Source: the human T2T-CHM13v2.0 reference genome, Homo sapiens. From it: a stretch of DNA of 64,000 nt. Position 1 is the first letter of the stretch. Each line of letters starts with the position of its first letter. Of the stretch, positions 1 to 10,843 are shown piece by piece. Under the pieces are notes generated by a model that did no database searches, was not told the DNA's origin, and saw only the letters and a list, made by a program, of their open reading frames with translations. Position numbers and translations under genes: made by a program. The stretch lies in NCBI RefSeq assembly GCF_009914755.1, contig NC_060933.1, one strand, 5' to 3'.

Positions 1-194
1 AGTGGTCCGGAGTGGCCACCCAGGGCGGGGAGGGTGCTGGGGGAGCAGGTTCTGTAAGTGAAATGCTTTTGAAAGTAGAACTTAAGGAGTCCACTAACTC
101 CATGGGAAATTCAGATCCGCGGGCTCCCTGGGACCCCTGCGACCCCGCCGACGCGCGCTCGTCCCCCCCCGAGCTCCGCGATCCCTCCGCCTAC

Positions 195-363
195 CGGGGA
201 AGGAGACCTCAGCGTCGCTGTCCTGCCCCTCCTGAACGCTGTCCTTGTCCGACTTGGAGCCGCCGCGGGAGCGCTTCATGTTGCGGAAATACTGCCCCCA
301 GCGCTGCCGGCCGGCGTCCTTCTTCAGCCTCTTCTCCTTGGCCCGGCGGTTCTGGAACCAAAC
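195..363 (-). CDS. LHX3: LHX3 exon 5 (homeodomain helix 3, [15 protein letters not shown]...)
   Basis: CCCCCAG acceptor and G|GTAGGC donor; 169 nt; WFQNRRAK homeodomain signature; phase fits the preceding exons. Exon 6 lies outside the window. Confidence 0.97.
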
Positions 364-450
364 CTGGGGGCGGGGCGGGGTGAGCGGCCGCCCGGCTCTG
401 CGGGGGCCCCCAAGGCCGCGGGCGGGAGGGAAGCAGGGGCGAGCGCTGAC

Positions 451-602
451 CTGCACCACGCGCATGTCCAGGCCCGTCTCGGACGAGAGCTGCTCGCGCA
501 CGTGGCGCGCCGGCTTGGGCGAGGTGTTGTAAGCGCTCTTCAGCGTCTCCAGCTGCTTGGCGGTGATGGTCGTGCGCGGCCGCTTGGCCGTGGCCTCGGC
601 CT
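451..602 (-). CDS. LHX3: LHX3 exon 4 (homeodomain N-terminal part, [16 protein letters not shown]...)
   Basis: GCAG|AG acceptor and CAG|GTCAGC donor; 152 nt; LIM-HD-class homeodomain sequence. Confidence 0.97.
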
Positions 603-1220
603 CTGCGCGGCGGGCGAGCGGTGAGGCGCGGCAGCCCCTCCGGCCCCGGCCGGACCCCCAGCCCTCCCACCCCGGCCGGCGCGGGGACGTCGGGGCCTCA
701 GGTGCCCACCCCCATCCCGCCCCACAGGCTTCTCGGAAGGCGCGGGCGCTGGGAGCGATTGGCAAAAACGGGCAGCACCCGGGCTGGGGTGGAGGGGGCG
801 CCGGCGGAGGGCGGGTTCTGCCGCGGGGGCGGGGGCGGCGCCTTCCCTAAAATCGCACCTCCACGGCGCCCCCGCCTTCAGCCTTGGCTCCCTTCTCCAA
901 GCACCCTGATTTCCCCGCGGGCTCCCCTTTATTCTAAGGGTGTGGGTATGGCCCAGCCTTCGCGGCCAAGAATTTAGGGCGATAATTCCGACCAGGGGCG
1001 AAAAGCCGCACACTTCGGACCGAACGAAGCGGTTCGGGACGCGGGTCTGTCCGTGACTCCGCCGTTCCCGGCCTCGGCTTCCTGCTGCCTACACCGCCCT
1101 AGCCCAGGCCCCCTTAGTGAGCGCTTGGGGAGAGAATTTCCCCGGACGCCCCCCTGGGCGTGGCCTCAGCCCCATTTTTTTCAGACCAGGAAAGGTGGGA
1201 GCGTCGTCCCCTCGGCTGAC

Positions 1221-1423
1221 CTCGCTGCTTGGCGGTTTCGTAGTCCGCCTTGCACACGAGCCGGCTGTCCTCCATGAGGTAGAACTCGTCGCCCGTGGCC
1301 AGCTGCCGCTTGCACACGACGCAGGCAAAGCAGTGCAGGTGGTACACGAAGTCCTGGGCGCGGCGCACCACCTGCGTGGGCGGGATGCCCAGCTGGCACG
1401 CGGCGCACTTGGTCCCGAAGCGC
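1221..1423 (-). CDS. LHX3: LHX3 exon 3 (LIM2 domain)
   Basis: [61 protein letters not shown]; 203 nt; AG/GT boundaries. Contains the internal ATG at 1275 corresponding to the described M2-LHX3 start. Confidence 0.97.
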
Positions 1424-2124
1424 CTGCGGGACGCACAGGGCCGGGCTCAGCGCGGAAGCGCGAGGCTCATTTCGCCCCGAGCGGGTTGGAGAGAGGCAAG
1501 CGGCTGCCTGGGAAGGCGGCCCCGGAGGAAGGCTCTGTCCGGCCCTGCAGGGTGGTCGCCAGCCTGGCCGCCGGGGCAGAGCTGCCCACTCCCACTGAGA
1601 AGGGAACCTCAATCTCAGAAAGACCTCGGGGAGCCCAGCCGCCATTGCCTGCAGGACCCATGCTGGATCTGGGAAGGTGAATCCGGAGGGAGAGGACCCA
1701 TCTGGGGCCAGTCCCTCACACCCCACAGCTGGAGCCATGAAGGCCACTGGGCCAGAGCCGCTGGGTGCCAGCATTAGGAACTAAAACATCACCAATTTCG
1801 GAGGAACTAAGTCCAGTAGAATCCTACAAATAGGGGTGTATCTTCTCTAATGACTGCTTCTGTGATTTAGGTAATAAATTGCTTTTTTTTCCAAATAATA
1901 CTTGCTGATGTCCCAGCCAGGCCCAGCCACCCAGGGAGCACCCATGGAGAGGCCCCACCCTTAATTTGGCCAGGCCACAGGGTGCCCTGCCTGGGTGACA
2001 GGAGTGGGCTGGGATTGCGAGAGACGCAGGCTTCGAGGGCCTGGCCTTGGTGATTGTGAGGGGAGGAGTCCCTGGGGCAGGCGTGCCCTCCGCTCCCACA
2101 CTGAGGTGAGGTTTCGGGGCTCAC

Positions 2125-2296
2125 TTGAAAAAGTCGTCCTTGCAGTAAACGCTCTCCCCTCGGCTGAAGCAGCGCTCGGCCAGTGGCGTGTGGCAGTCGC
2201 TGCACTTGAGACACTTGCTGTGCCAGTGGCGGTCCAGAGCCTTGAGGATGAAGCGGTCCAGGATGTGCTGGTCACAGCCAGCGCACAGCGGGATCT
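2125..2296 (-). CDS. LHX3: LHX3 exon 2 (LIM1 domain)
   Basis: [58 protein letters not shown]; 172 nt; ACAG| acceptor and AA|GTGAG donor. Confidence 0.97.
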
Positions 2297-3453
2297 CTGT
2301 GGGCACGAGGAAGTTCTGGGTCACCTCGTAGACCAGGAGGCAGTGAAGCCACCTTCCCACCCCAACGCGAGCCAGTCTCCCCTCCGGCCCACAGGACTCA
2401 GGGCTGCCGAGGGGTCCTCCTTTCCCTACACACCCTCTTCCCCAGCCAGCTTAAGTGGCCCCGCAAGTTCCGGGAGTGTGCAGGCACCGCATCCTATGTC
2501 AGGAGCTAAGGGGAAACTGACATCGGTCTAAAAATGTGTGTGAGCAAGAAAGCAGCCCAGGCCATTTCACGAGGCTGAATACTCAATTACAAAATGTTGC
2601 CAGTGCCAAGAAGGGTGCATGTGGAGCTCAAATGAAAACCCCACCCCAGGGGGATCTGCTCTCTGAAGCCCGGCAGGAAACATAGGGAAACGGGTCTTCA
2701 CCATCACCTGGAGCTGGGGCACCCCATCGGGTCTCCTTCATGTTAAGCGTCATGGCCACTCTTTCTAGGGACTCCTCGCAAATGTGGCTGCCCTGCCTGG
2801 TGGCCCTGTCTGCAGGCCTCCGGGGTAAATATCAATGCCTTCCCCATCATTGGGCAGCCGCAAAATTACTTATGAGTGGACTGGACAAGCCGATCCACTG
2901 CCTTTGTGTCAGGCGTGGGTGCCCCCAACACCGTCAGAGTTACTCAAACGTCTGGCTTCCCGCTGCTTCTGCCCCCCACACCCCACTTCGGTACTGCAGG
3001 CCCCCTGGAGGAACCACACTGGGGAGGTCCAAGGGTGCCCTGTGGGAGCCTCGAGTCTGTGAGCGGGTTTTCCAGGTGTCAAGGGCTGAGGACTCCCTCT
3101 TCACTTAGAAAAAGTCTCTGGAAGAGAGGAGTGCCCGCTGAAGGGACCGGGATTTACTGACATATTGCACCCGCCTCCCTGGCTGTGGACCCCGCCGGCT
3201 CCAGCCCATCTCCCAGTGGGTGAGAGACACCAGGAAGGGGCTCCCTCGACCTCCGGCGGAAAAAACTGGGCTGCGCCTCCCCACGCAGTGGCGGGAAACC
3301 GGCGATGAATGCGCCCCGCATCCGGCAAAACCGCAGCTCCGGGTGCGGAGCGTCGAGGACCCGCTGCGCGCCCGGGGTCCCCATCGTGGGCAGCGATCGC
3401 AGGCGAGGACCCGGCTCGGAGCGGGGCGGCCCGACAGGCCGACACAGCGCGGA

Positions 3454-3479
3454 TTCAGCACCGCGGACCGGACAGCGCC
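3454..3479 (+). promoter_or_regulatory. RE1/NRSE (REST)-like site with extended spacer, LHX3 intron 1
   Basis: TTCAGCACC-GCGGACC-GGACAGCGCC: perfect left and right RE1 half-sites with a 7-bp spacer (also reads as a canonical site with mismatches). Confidence 0.75.
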
Positions 3480-4488
3480 TCGGCCGCAGCTCGCCGCCGG
3501 CGCCCGCGTCGGGCAAAAGCCGCCCCAGCCCACCCCGCGCCGCGCCCGCGACCCCAGCCTTACGCTGCATGGCGACTCCAGCCCTGGCGGGGGCTCCTGT
3601 GTCAGGGATGGCGGGGTCGGCGGAGCCTGGACGCCAGCCCGCCCGCTCCGGCCAGCTCTCCCGAGCGCGGGCGCGCAGTCCTCCTTCCTCCCTCCCTCTC
3701 TCCGCCCCCCAGCCCCCGCGGCCAACCCCTCCCAGGAACCGTCGAAAAATAAATAAATAAGTAGGGAACCGCGAGCCCCCACAGCCTGGATGTAACCCCC
3801 TTCCCGCCGGCCGGTCCCTCTCACTCCCCACTGGCTCCGGGGCCTCCTTCCCCATCCTGCGGCTCCAGCTGGCCCGGGAGTCGAGGAGAACTGCCCAGGT
3901 TCCCTAAGAACCAAAGTGCTGGGAGCTAGAGTGGTGCCACCAGGAAGCTGGGGGGCCTGGAGAAGAGAGGCTTTTTCCTACAGACGGGCCCTGAGCGGGG
4001 ATAAACCGAGCGGGTGTCTGTGGGCGCAGACGCTGAAACCTGACTTCGGGGAGACCGACGGTCGGAGTTCAGCTCGACCTTGGCCCCTGCATCTGACTCT
4101 GTTCCGCTGGAACGTGGAAAGAGTCCGGCTGGGGCGGCCTTCTTGGGGACCCTCCTGTCCCGTGGTCACTGCCCCGCCACTGCTCCCTGCGCCTCCTCCA
4201 GCCCAGGGAGCTGGCTCCGGGCTGCAGAGGTCTCCTAAGCCCACCCTGGACCCCCGAGAGCTCCCTGGCCGGAGCAGCGCAGTGCCACAACCTCACTCAC
4301 TCCCTGACAACCCAGGCCAGGGGCCCTGCAACAAATACAGGCTGAGGCGCCCAGGCGCGGACGTTCCGGGGTCCTCGCGCCCACTCCCGCCCAGATCCTC
4401 TAGCTCCTGCCAGCCTCCGCGGCCAGGCCCGGAAAGGCCTGAGGATCTCCTGGTCTCCCCGGTGCAGCCACTCGGCCCGGGCACCCAC

Positions 4489-4582
4489 CTCGGCGCAGGT
4501 CCGCCCTCCGCGCCAGCAGTGCTAGCAGCAGGTCGCCTCCCGCCGACTCCCGGGCCGGGCCCAGCTCCCCGCGCGCCTCCAT
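4489..4582 (-). CDS. LHX3: LHX3 alternative first exon 1b (isoform LHX3b N-terminus)
   Basis: MEARGELGPARESAGGDLLLALLARRADLRR; 94 nt; G|GTGGGT donor; phase 1 matches exon 2. Confidence 0.95.
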
Positions 4583-5250
4583 GGGTCCCGCCGCCCGGCG
4601 TCGCCACTCTCCAGTCCCGAACTTTCCCGGGCCCAGCGACGCCACCCCGCAATAGCCCCGAACCGGCGTCCAAGCGACTCCGGGTGCTGCTGGGCGCTGC
4701 GCCCGCGGGCCGCCCTGGGGCCCGGAGCCTCTGGCCGAGCGGAGGGCGGAGCGGCCGGGGGGCGGGGCCGCGGGGCGGGGCGGGGCCGGGGGTCGCGGAG
4801 ACCAGCCCGGGCCACTGCGGACTCTGAGCGCCTTTGCGCCGGGACCTGCGGTGCCCAGAGGCCGCCCCGCGTGCCCGGCCCGAGGGCGGGCACCGGTAAG
4901 GGAGGGCCCAGGTCAGGGCTTCCCGCCAGCGTTCGTCCCGGCCCCGCAGCTTCCTGCGCCGGAGCGGCCCAGAGGCAGAGGCCTGAGCTGGAGCACACGC
5001 CAGGAGGGCTAAGGTTCCCGGGAGAGGGGTCGAGAAGGCAGCAGGGTCCTCCCGCCGCTGAGGTTTGGCCTCGGGAGCAGCAGATGGTCGGCGGGAGCTC
5101 AACCCGAAACGCAGAAGGGGTGAGTGTGGCGCCGAGGGCTGCGTACCGGAACCGCAAGGTGCCGGACCGATCCCAGATGCTAACAGGCTTCTGGGCTCCA
5201 CCCCTGGAACTGCGGCCCCGGACGGCTCAGGGAGGAAGGGCAATCCTTGA
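4583..5250 (-). promoter_or_regulatory. LHX3b TATA-less GC-rich promoter/5'UTR (CpG island, tandem GC boxes)
   Basis: GGGGCGGGG repeats at about 4758-4790 upstream of the exon 1b ATG; CpG-dense. Confidence 0.7.
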
Positions 5251-6476
5251 GAGAGAACAGGCTCTGTGTCCTGGACACGCAGCCAAGACCTCGGGTCGTG
5301 AGGGGCCGAGCTGGGGAAGCCCCAGGGCACACCTTCCATTTCCAGCCCCCAGCACTCCGGCTCCATTGGAACACGGTCCCTTACCTGATATTTCAGCCTC
5401 TTGCCCCAGTCCACACAGGTGAGCTCTCCAGAACCCACCTGTCCTTGCAGGCAGAGGGACGCACCCACCCCTGCCCAGAGGGCCCTGGGCCAGCACCAGC
5501 CCTGGGCAGCCACCCGGGGAAGAACACAGCAGTGGGTGGCCCTCGGCAGCACAGGACTTGGCAAAGGCAGGGGTGCCCTGGCAGTGCGCAGAAACACACA
5601 GGAAGGGTTGGGGGACCAGGGGCTGATGCCATCCTGCAGGTCCCTCTCCCTGTGGGTCTCACAGCAATACTCTGTCCACTCTGCCTATGGCTTCTGGACT
5701 GTGAGCTTTAAGGGCCCAGGCCCAGAAGGATGGGCACAAGAAACCACAGTCCCTCCCTCCTAGCTCCCAGCAGGTCCGATGTGTCCGTTTTGAGCAGTGG
5801 CCCATGCAGCCAGCTTTCTGCCCCTTCACTTTGCACAGCACTTGTTACCCAAGAAGGGCCAGGGCAAGGACACGCGGGTGCAAAGCCGAGTGTGTGCGGG
5901 CTGTGCTGGGTGCAGGTGGCTGAGTGTCAGCTGCTGCCGAAGCGATCAGGGGTCGTGTGTGGCAGGACTGGGGAAGGGGCGGCGGCAGGTTAAGGAGGCG
6001 GCCCACCCTGCTGGCATCTGGCCAGCCCTCCAACAATGCCTCCATTATTTCCCAGCGTCCGTGGTGATGGAATGGCCCTTGGGGAGGGTGGTTCAGGCGG
6101 GAGACACAGGCTTGGGTCCCCTGCTGTGGGGTCCAGAGACCTGGGCCGGGCTGTGTGCAAGAGCTGACGGGCACTGGTCACCGGGGGAACCTAGCACCCC
6201 TTGGTCGGCCCCATCGCCCCCCAGCTGTGCCTGCGATGCCCCCTTTTTTTCTAGGGGCCTCCACTCCAACCGCTGTCCCGCACTCTTGCAGGCCAGCGTC
6301 AGGCCCTCCCCGCCACCCTGGGATCTGGAAACTCACTCTCTGCAGTTTCCATCTCTGTGTCCCGCCTGCAGAGCGGCGGGACTTTCTTTGCCTGGCCGCT
6401 GGCCCTGCACGCACCCCCTTCCTCGCGCCTCTGCCGCCCTTGCCGTTTCTGTCCTCAGTGTCCTGCTGGGGCTTAC

Positions 6477-6555
6477 CCCGAGTCCCGCCCAAGGTGCAGA
6501 CGGCGGCGGCCCCGGGCCTCGCTCGGTCGCGCTCGAGCCCCGTTTCCAGCAGCAT
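6477..6555 (-). CDS. LHX3: LHX3 alternative first exon 1a (isoform LHX3a N-terminus)
   Basis: MLLETGLERDRARPGAAAVCTLGGTR; 79 nt; G|GTAAGC donor; phase 1 matches exon 2. Confidence 0.95.
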
Positions 6556-6960
6556 CGCGGCCACCAGGCCGAGTGGCGCGAGACGCGCTCCTCCTAGGTC
6601 AGCGTCCCCTGGAGGGTTCGGGGCTCCCAAGTCCCGCCGCGTCGTGCGGGGCAGGGAGCCCGGGAGCCACTGGGCCTGGCGCTGTCCGCGGTGCTGAAGG
6701 AGGCGCCCGCTGCCCGCCCCGCCCGCGCGCCCGCCCACCTCCCGGGGCCCCTCTCGTCGCCCCGGTCCCCACCCCCGCCTCTGCCCCGTGTCGGGCGCGC
6801 CTCCCTCCCTGGCTGGGTTGGGCCGCACTCAAGGCAGCCCCCGCCCTCACCCCTCTGAGACCCAGGGTGGCCGTGCCCGCTCCTCCCTAAGCTCCAGGCC
6901 CTGCTGAGGCGCTGGGATTCGCCGAGTTTCGCAGCAAGCGGGTCGTCCAGCCGCAGGGCA
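6556..6960 (-). promoter_or_regulatory. LHX3a GC-rich promoter/5'UTR (CpG island, GC boxes)
   Basis: CCCGCCCC boxes at about 6713-6740; CpG-dense; no TATA box seen. Confidence 0.7.
6678..6698 (-). promoter_or_regulatory. Canonical RE1/NRSE (REST binding site) at the LHX3a promoter
   Basis: Minus strand reads TTCAGCACCGCGGACAGCGCC, a full 21-bp match to the RE1 consensus, ~120 bp upstream of the 1a ATG. Confidence 0.92.
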
Positions 6961-7896
6961 GGAGGACACTGACCCTACCCTTCTGGCGTGCAGCCTCTGG
7001 AAGGCAGTGCCCAGGCCGTGCCCCGGGGCAGCCCCATGCGTGATCAACTCCAGCCCAGGGCTCACTGGGGCACTCTCCTGCAGGTGTTTTGCTGGTCAGG
7101 GAACTTTCCACTCTTAACCTCCTTGAACTCAACCCCCAACTTCTGGGAGGAGCTCAGCCCGCACCCCTCCGGGCTGCCAGGAGGAGAGGCACCTGCAGTC
7201 CCCTGTAACAAAAGCACTGCTGAGGACTCAAGACCTTGGGCATAGGCAGGGCCTGAAGGAATCGCCCAGTACACACCCAGGCTGGTGTCTGCTCGGTGCC
7301 TGACGAGTGACTGAGTTACTGCCAGCCTCTGCACAGCCTGGCCAGGGAGGTGCCAACCGGCTTCCTCCACAGCCACAGGCAAGACTGTTGACCACTGCCC
7401 TGCCCCCACTGGCACAGCAAAAGTAGGGGAGGGGCAGAAGACAACACGGGGTCAAGGGCACCCCACAGAACACCACAAACAGCCTTAGCAGGACACTCAC
7501 ACCCAGGAAGCAGAGGGATGGCCACTCAAGCAAGCTGGGGGTCCTCTGAGGTGCCCTCAGGCTGGGCTGCCGCGCGTGCTCTTTGAAGTGTGTAGCTGAC
7601 ATGCATCTCAGCTGCCCTTTAACCTGTGTAAAATCAAGGGTCTTGTCCTGTGAGTCTCGTCCAGATCAGCTCCAGGGAGATGATCTATCACTGCTTTCCA
7701 TCTTCTACTTTCCATCCGACCCTTGGGCTGTGTCCCAAAAGCCAATGATTCGATAGGAGAAACTCTAGGATTTCAGATGTCCAGTACGTGAACAAAAGAG
7801 GGGTCCATTCTGCACCCACCGCCTCTACCACAACTCCCACTGGTAGAGCTGGTTCACATTTCAAAAGAATCACCATTTTTTCAAATGTCAGATTTC

Positions 7897-7902
7897 TTTA
7901 TT
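7897..7902 (-). terminator. QSOX2: QSOX2 polyadenylation signal AATAAA
   Basis: TTTATT on the plus strand in an AT-rich stretch ~2.4 kb after the stop codon; cleavage expected near 7875. Confidence 0.8.
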
Positions 7903-8890
7903 AAAATGTGCACATTATAGTTTACTTAAATACAAAATGTTCACTTTCCTTGCAGGTAAGAAATTTCACTGACATTTCCATGTCAATTAGCTTCTTTTTA
8001 ATAAAAATCCTTCCACTGAAAATAAATAAGCATTTAAATTACTGAACTATTATATTCATTAGTCTCAATACCTCTTAAAATACTTAAAACTTTAGAAAAT
8101 AGACTCTAAACATTGCCTAAAGGTGGCATCCAGCTCTGAGCAGGCCACACAAGGTGTGTCTGAGTATGGCCATATGACTCCTGGGGCCACCTCCACGACG
8201 GCCCAGCCCCACGACGCTCTGCTGAAAATCCTGCCCCTCAGCAGGACGCAAGCTTGTTCCCCAAATAGTGGTGACCTCAAACTGCAATATGATGAAACCT
8301 GCAGCCAACACTGCCCTCCACAAGGGTTTCTGGAAAGGCTGAAGCTGGAGACGGTAAACCACAACACCGTCCCAGGTCACTCCAGGTCACCCCAGCTAAA
8401 GACATTCAACACCAGCCAAAAGGCTAAAGTTTAGTTTGAAGGGTTCAAAGGCAAATACACTGAAACCCACGTGTAAACCTGCCTGGTTTTCAAACTGGAA
8501 GAGAAACACTTTGGTGTCTTCAATAACCCAGGCCTGCACTGGATGAAGCAATGAAGGCAAGGTCACGGCTGCTAAAGCACAGAGGGGTTAAAAAGTGTGA
8601 AACCAGAAGCAACTCTCGAGTGAGACACGAAGCAGCAGGCTGACGCACCAGACACCGCTCCCACCAGACACCTCTCCCGCCAGCTGCAGGGCCCTGGGCA
8701 GCGTTCTCAGCCCAGCCATTCTGTGACAGTTGTTGAAAGAATCAGCTGTTGCCTTTTTTTCTCAAGCGACAACAATCACATCAATATTACATGGTCTTAT
8801 GAATACATCCATGTCATCAACTTGTTAGTAAACACATGATTATACAACATAAAGTAGGCAAAGCGGAAAAAATATCTACAACCGTCAAAG

Positions 8891-8903
8891 TCTCTCTCTC
8901 TCT

Positions 8904-8940
<37 letters not shown>
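8891..8940. repeat. Compound (TC)n(CA)n microsatellite in the QSOX2 3'UTR
   Basis: tctctctctctctc ata cacaca... seen directly. Confidence 0.95.
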
Positions 8941-8942
<2 letters not shown>

Positions 8943-10295
8943 GCACACAAATACATCTGAGCCTATTTTAGCCAAATCAAATTTTGCCTGTGAGACACAC
9001 CAATAGCCACAAAGAATCTCAATATAAATGTTCCCAGAAATAGTGTATTTGTTTGTTTACATCTTCAGAGGCAACGGACCACTAAATGTTTTGGGTTTAA
9101 AAACAATGTTTAAAATTATCAAATGGTAAAAGACATCATGACCAAAGCTTGGGAGATCAGTGCCTGTGTGGAGACCCTTCCCAAAACAGCTTCAGGCAAA
9201 GGAAGCCTGGCCCCCTCCGTGGGCCGAGTGAGATGCTTGTGTGTGCAGCAGGTGCCTCTGTGGTGCTGGGTGAAGAGCAGACGACAGGGGGGGCTTTAGA
9301 AGTCTCCCTGGGGCCTACGCTCCCAAGGGCAGACTGCTCTCCTCCCCATCCCCCAACAGAGGGGCCTGTGCTCTAAGCACTGCCCGCTGAGCCCAGAGCT
9401 GCCCTCCAGGCACCCGCCGTCCCAACGGCCCCCATTTACTTGTCTCTCTCTTGTCACCAGATAGACAGACAAAGGCGCTGCCTCTGAGGGTTAAATGAGC
9501 CCCCATCCTTCCAACCCCCAGGTCCACAGCCCAAGGCCTCTGGGGGTTATTTTCTGAAACGCAGCACAGCCACAGAATTCCTTGGCTCCTCCCCTGTTGA
9601 AATCCCCACGTCTGGTGTCGAACACCCGGAGGAACAAGGAGAGCCCTCAGGAACCTGCCCTAGGGAAGCAGCTACAAACACAGGATAGTCCCTGGAGCAC
9701 TTGCTTGGAGGGGCTGCAGAGGCCGACTGCGCTTCCGGCTCTGTCTGTCCCCGCCCGGCTAAAGGAAAACACTTGGCAGCCTGGAGCAGGGGGCGTGGGG
9801 GGAGCGGGGGGAGGGGGAGCGAGGGGAGTGGAGGGTGCAGGGAGGGCCAAGGTGGGGGGGGGGGGGAGCCAGGAGCCGCGGGGGGGATGGGCGAGGTTCT
9901 CCAAATACAAAAACAAGGCCCTGCAGGATGGGGCGGAGTGGAGGAAACGAGATGAAAGTGTGTGGGGAAGACTATCTGGCCTGGACTCTGCACCCTCTTT
10001 TCACATCTAGAAGAGTAAAAATACAGAAGTCTTTTTGCTGTAAGACCTGCAAAAGGAGCATGAACAGACTTGAGTACGCCAGGAATGCAAATATCCCCAC
10101 AAAATTACCCCGTGTTCTTCCCTTGTTAGAAGAGCGTTTGTAAAACCAGGACTTTGAAGCCAAAAGGTGCCATCCGATGTGAAACCAGGCCCGCATGTTT
10201 ATAAAATCCCTGATCATAAATATTAAAGCTGCAGGTGGCACGGGGCAGGGCTGCCTCCAAGGGAGCTTCCGCCGTGGCTGGCAGCACCCGGGCAC

Positions 10296-10843
10296 TCACA
10301 CGGCCGGGTGGTGGTGCTTGACCTTCCACCGCCTGGACCTCACCCGGAAGAAGAAGTACATCACCATGAGGAACAGGGATGAAGCCACGTACAGCACGAC
10401 ACAGAGACTCATGTCCAGGCTGGAGAAGTCAACCCCGAGGAAGGGTGCGGCCCCGCCCACCTCCTTGTGGGCCCCGGGCCCATCCAGACTCTGGAGTTTC
10501 CCGTCCAAGCTGTGATGCAAGCTCTCTGGAAGGGCAGGCCTGGGGCCCAGTGCACCAGGTGGACGGACGCTCTGGGTGTCTCGGTCTCCATGGGACACCT
10601 CTGGGGGAGTGAGTCTTTTCTCCTCTTCCTCACCCCTGGCCAGGGTTCCTCCTTCACTGGAATCCCCCTGGTCTGCGGAATACGTGTCTAAGAGGTTGTC
10701 GCGGCCATAGTGCTGCTTCAAGAATGTGAGCACGTGGCCTTCATCCCAGCTGGCCAGGCCCTTAATTTCCTCATGGCAGGCTGGGCAGAGGTCCGGAGTG
10801 GGCCACTGAAGCTTTGGAAACCGGGGATCCTCACTCAGATGGC
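10296..10843 (-). CDS. QSOX2: QSOX2 exon 12 (end of Erv/ALR domain, CPAC, C-terminal transmembrane helix, stop)
   Basis: TTCCTAG| acceptor; HLSEDPRFPKLQWPTPDLCPACH...SLCVVLYVASSLFLMVMYFFF...HHHPAV*; 548 nt. The joined CDS totals 2097 nt. Confidence 0.96.

Larger units (their letters stand above)
100..1500. promoter_or_regulatory. Intragenic CpG island over LHX3 exons 3-5
   Basis: Very high GC content and CpG density by inspection; boundaries approximate. Confidence 0.8.
7875..10295 (-). other. QSOX2: QSOX2 3'UTR
   Basis: Lies between the TGA (10296-10298) and the AATAAA; 3' end inferred. Confidence 0.75.

Noticed and set aside
3105-5597. Long overlapping ORFs (269, 303 and 434 aa) in LHX3 intron 1
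   Set aside because: CpG-island sequence depleted of stop codons; low-complexity G/P/R/A translations with no recognisable domain.
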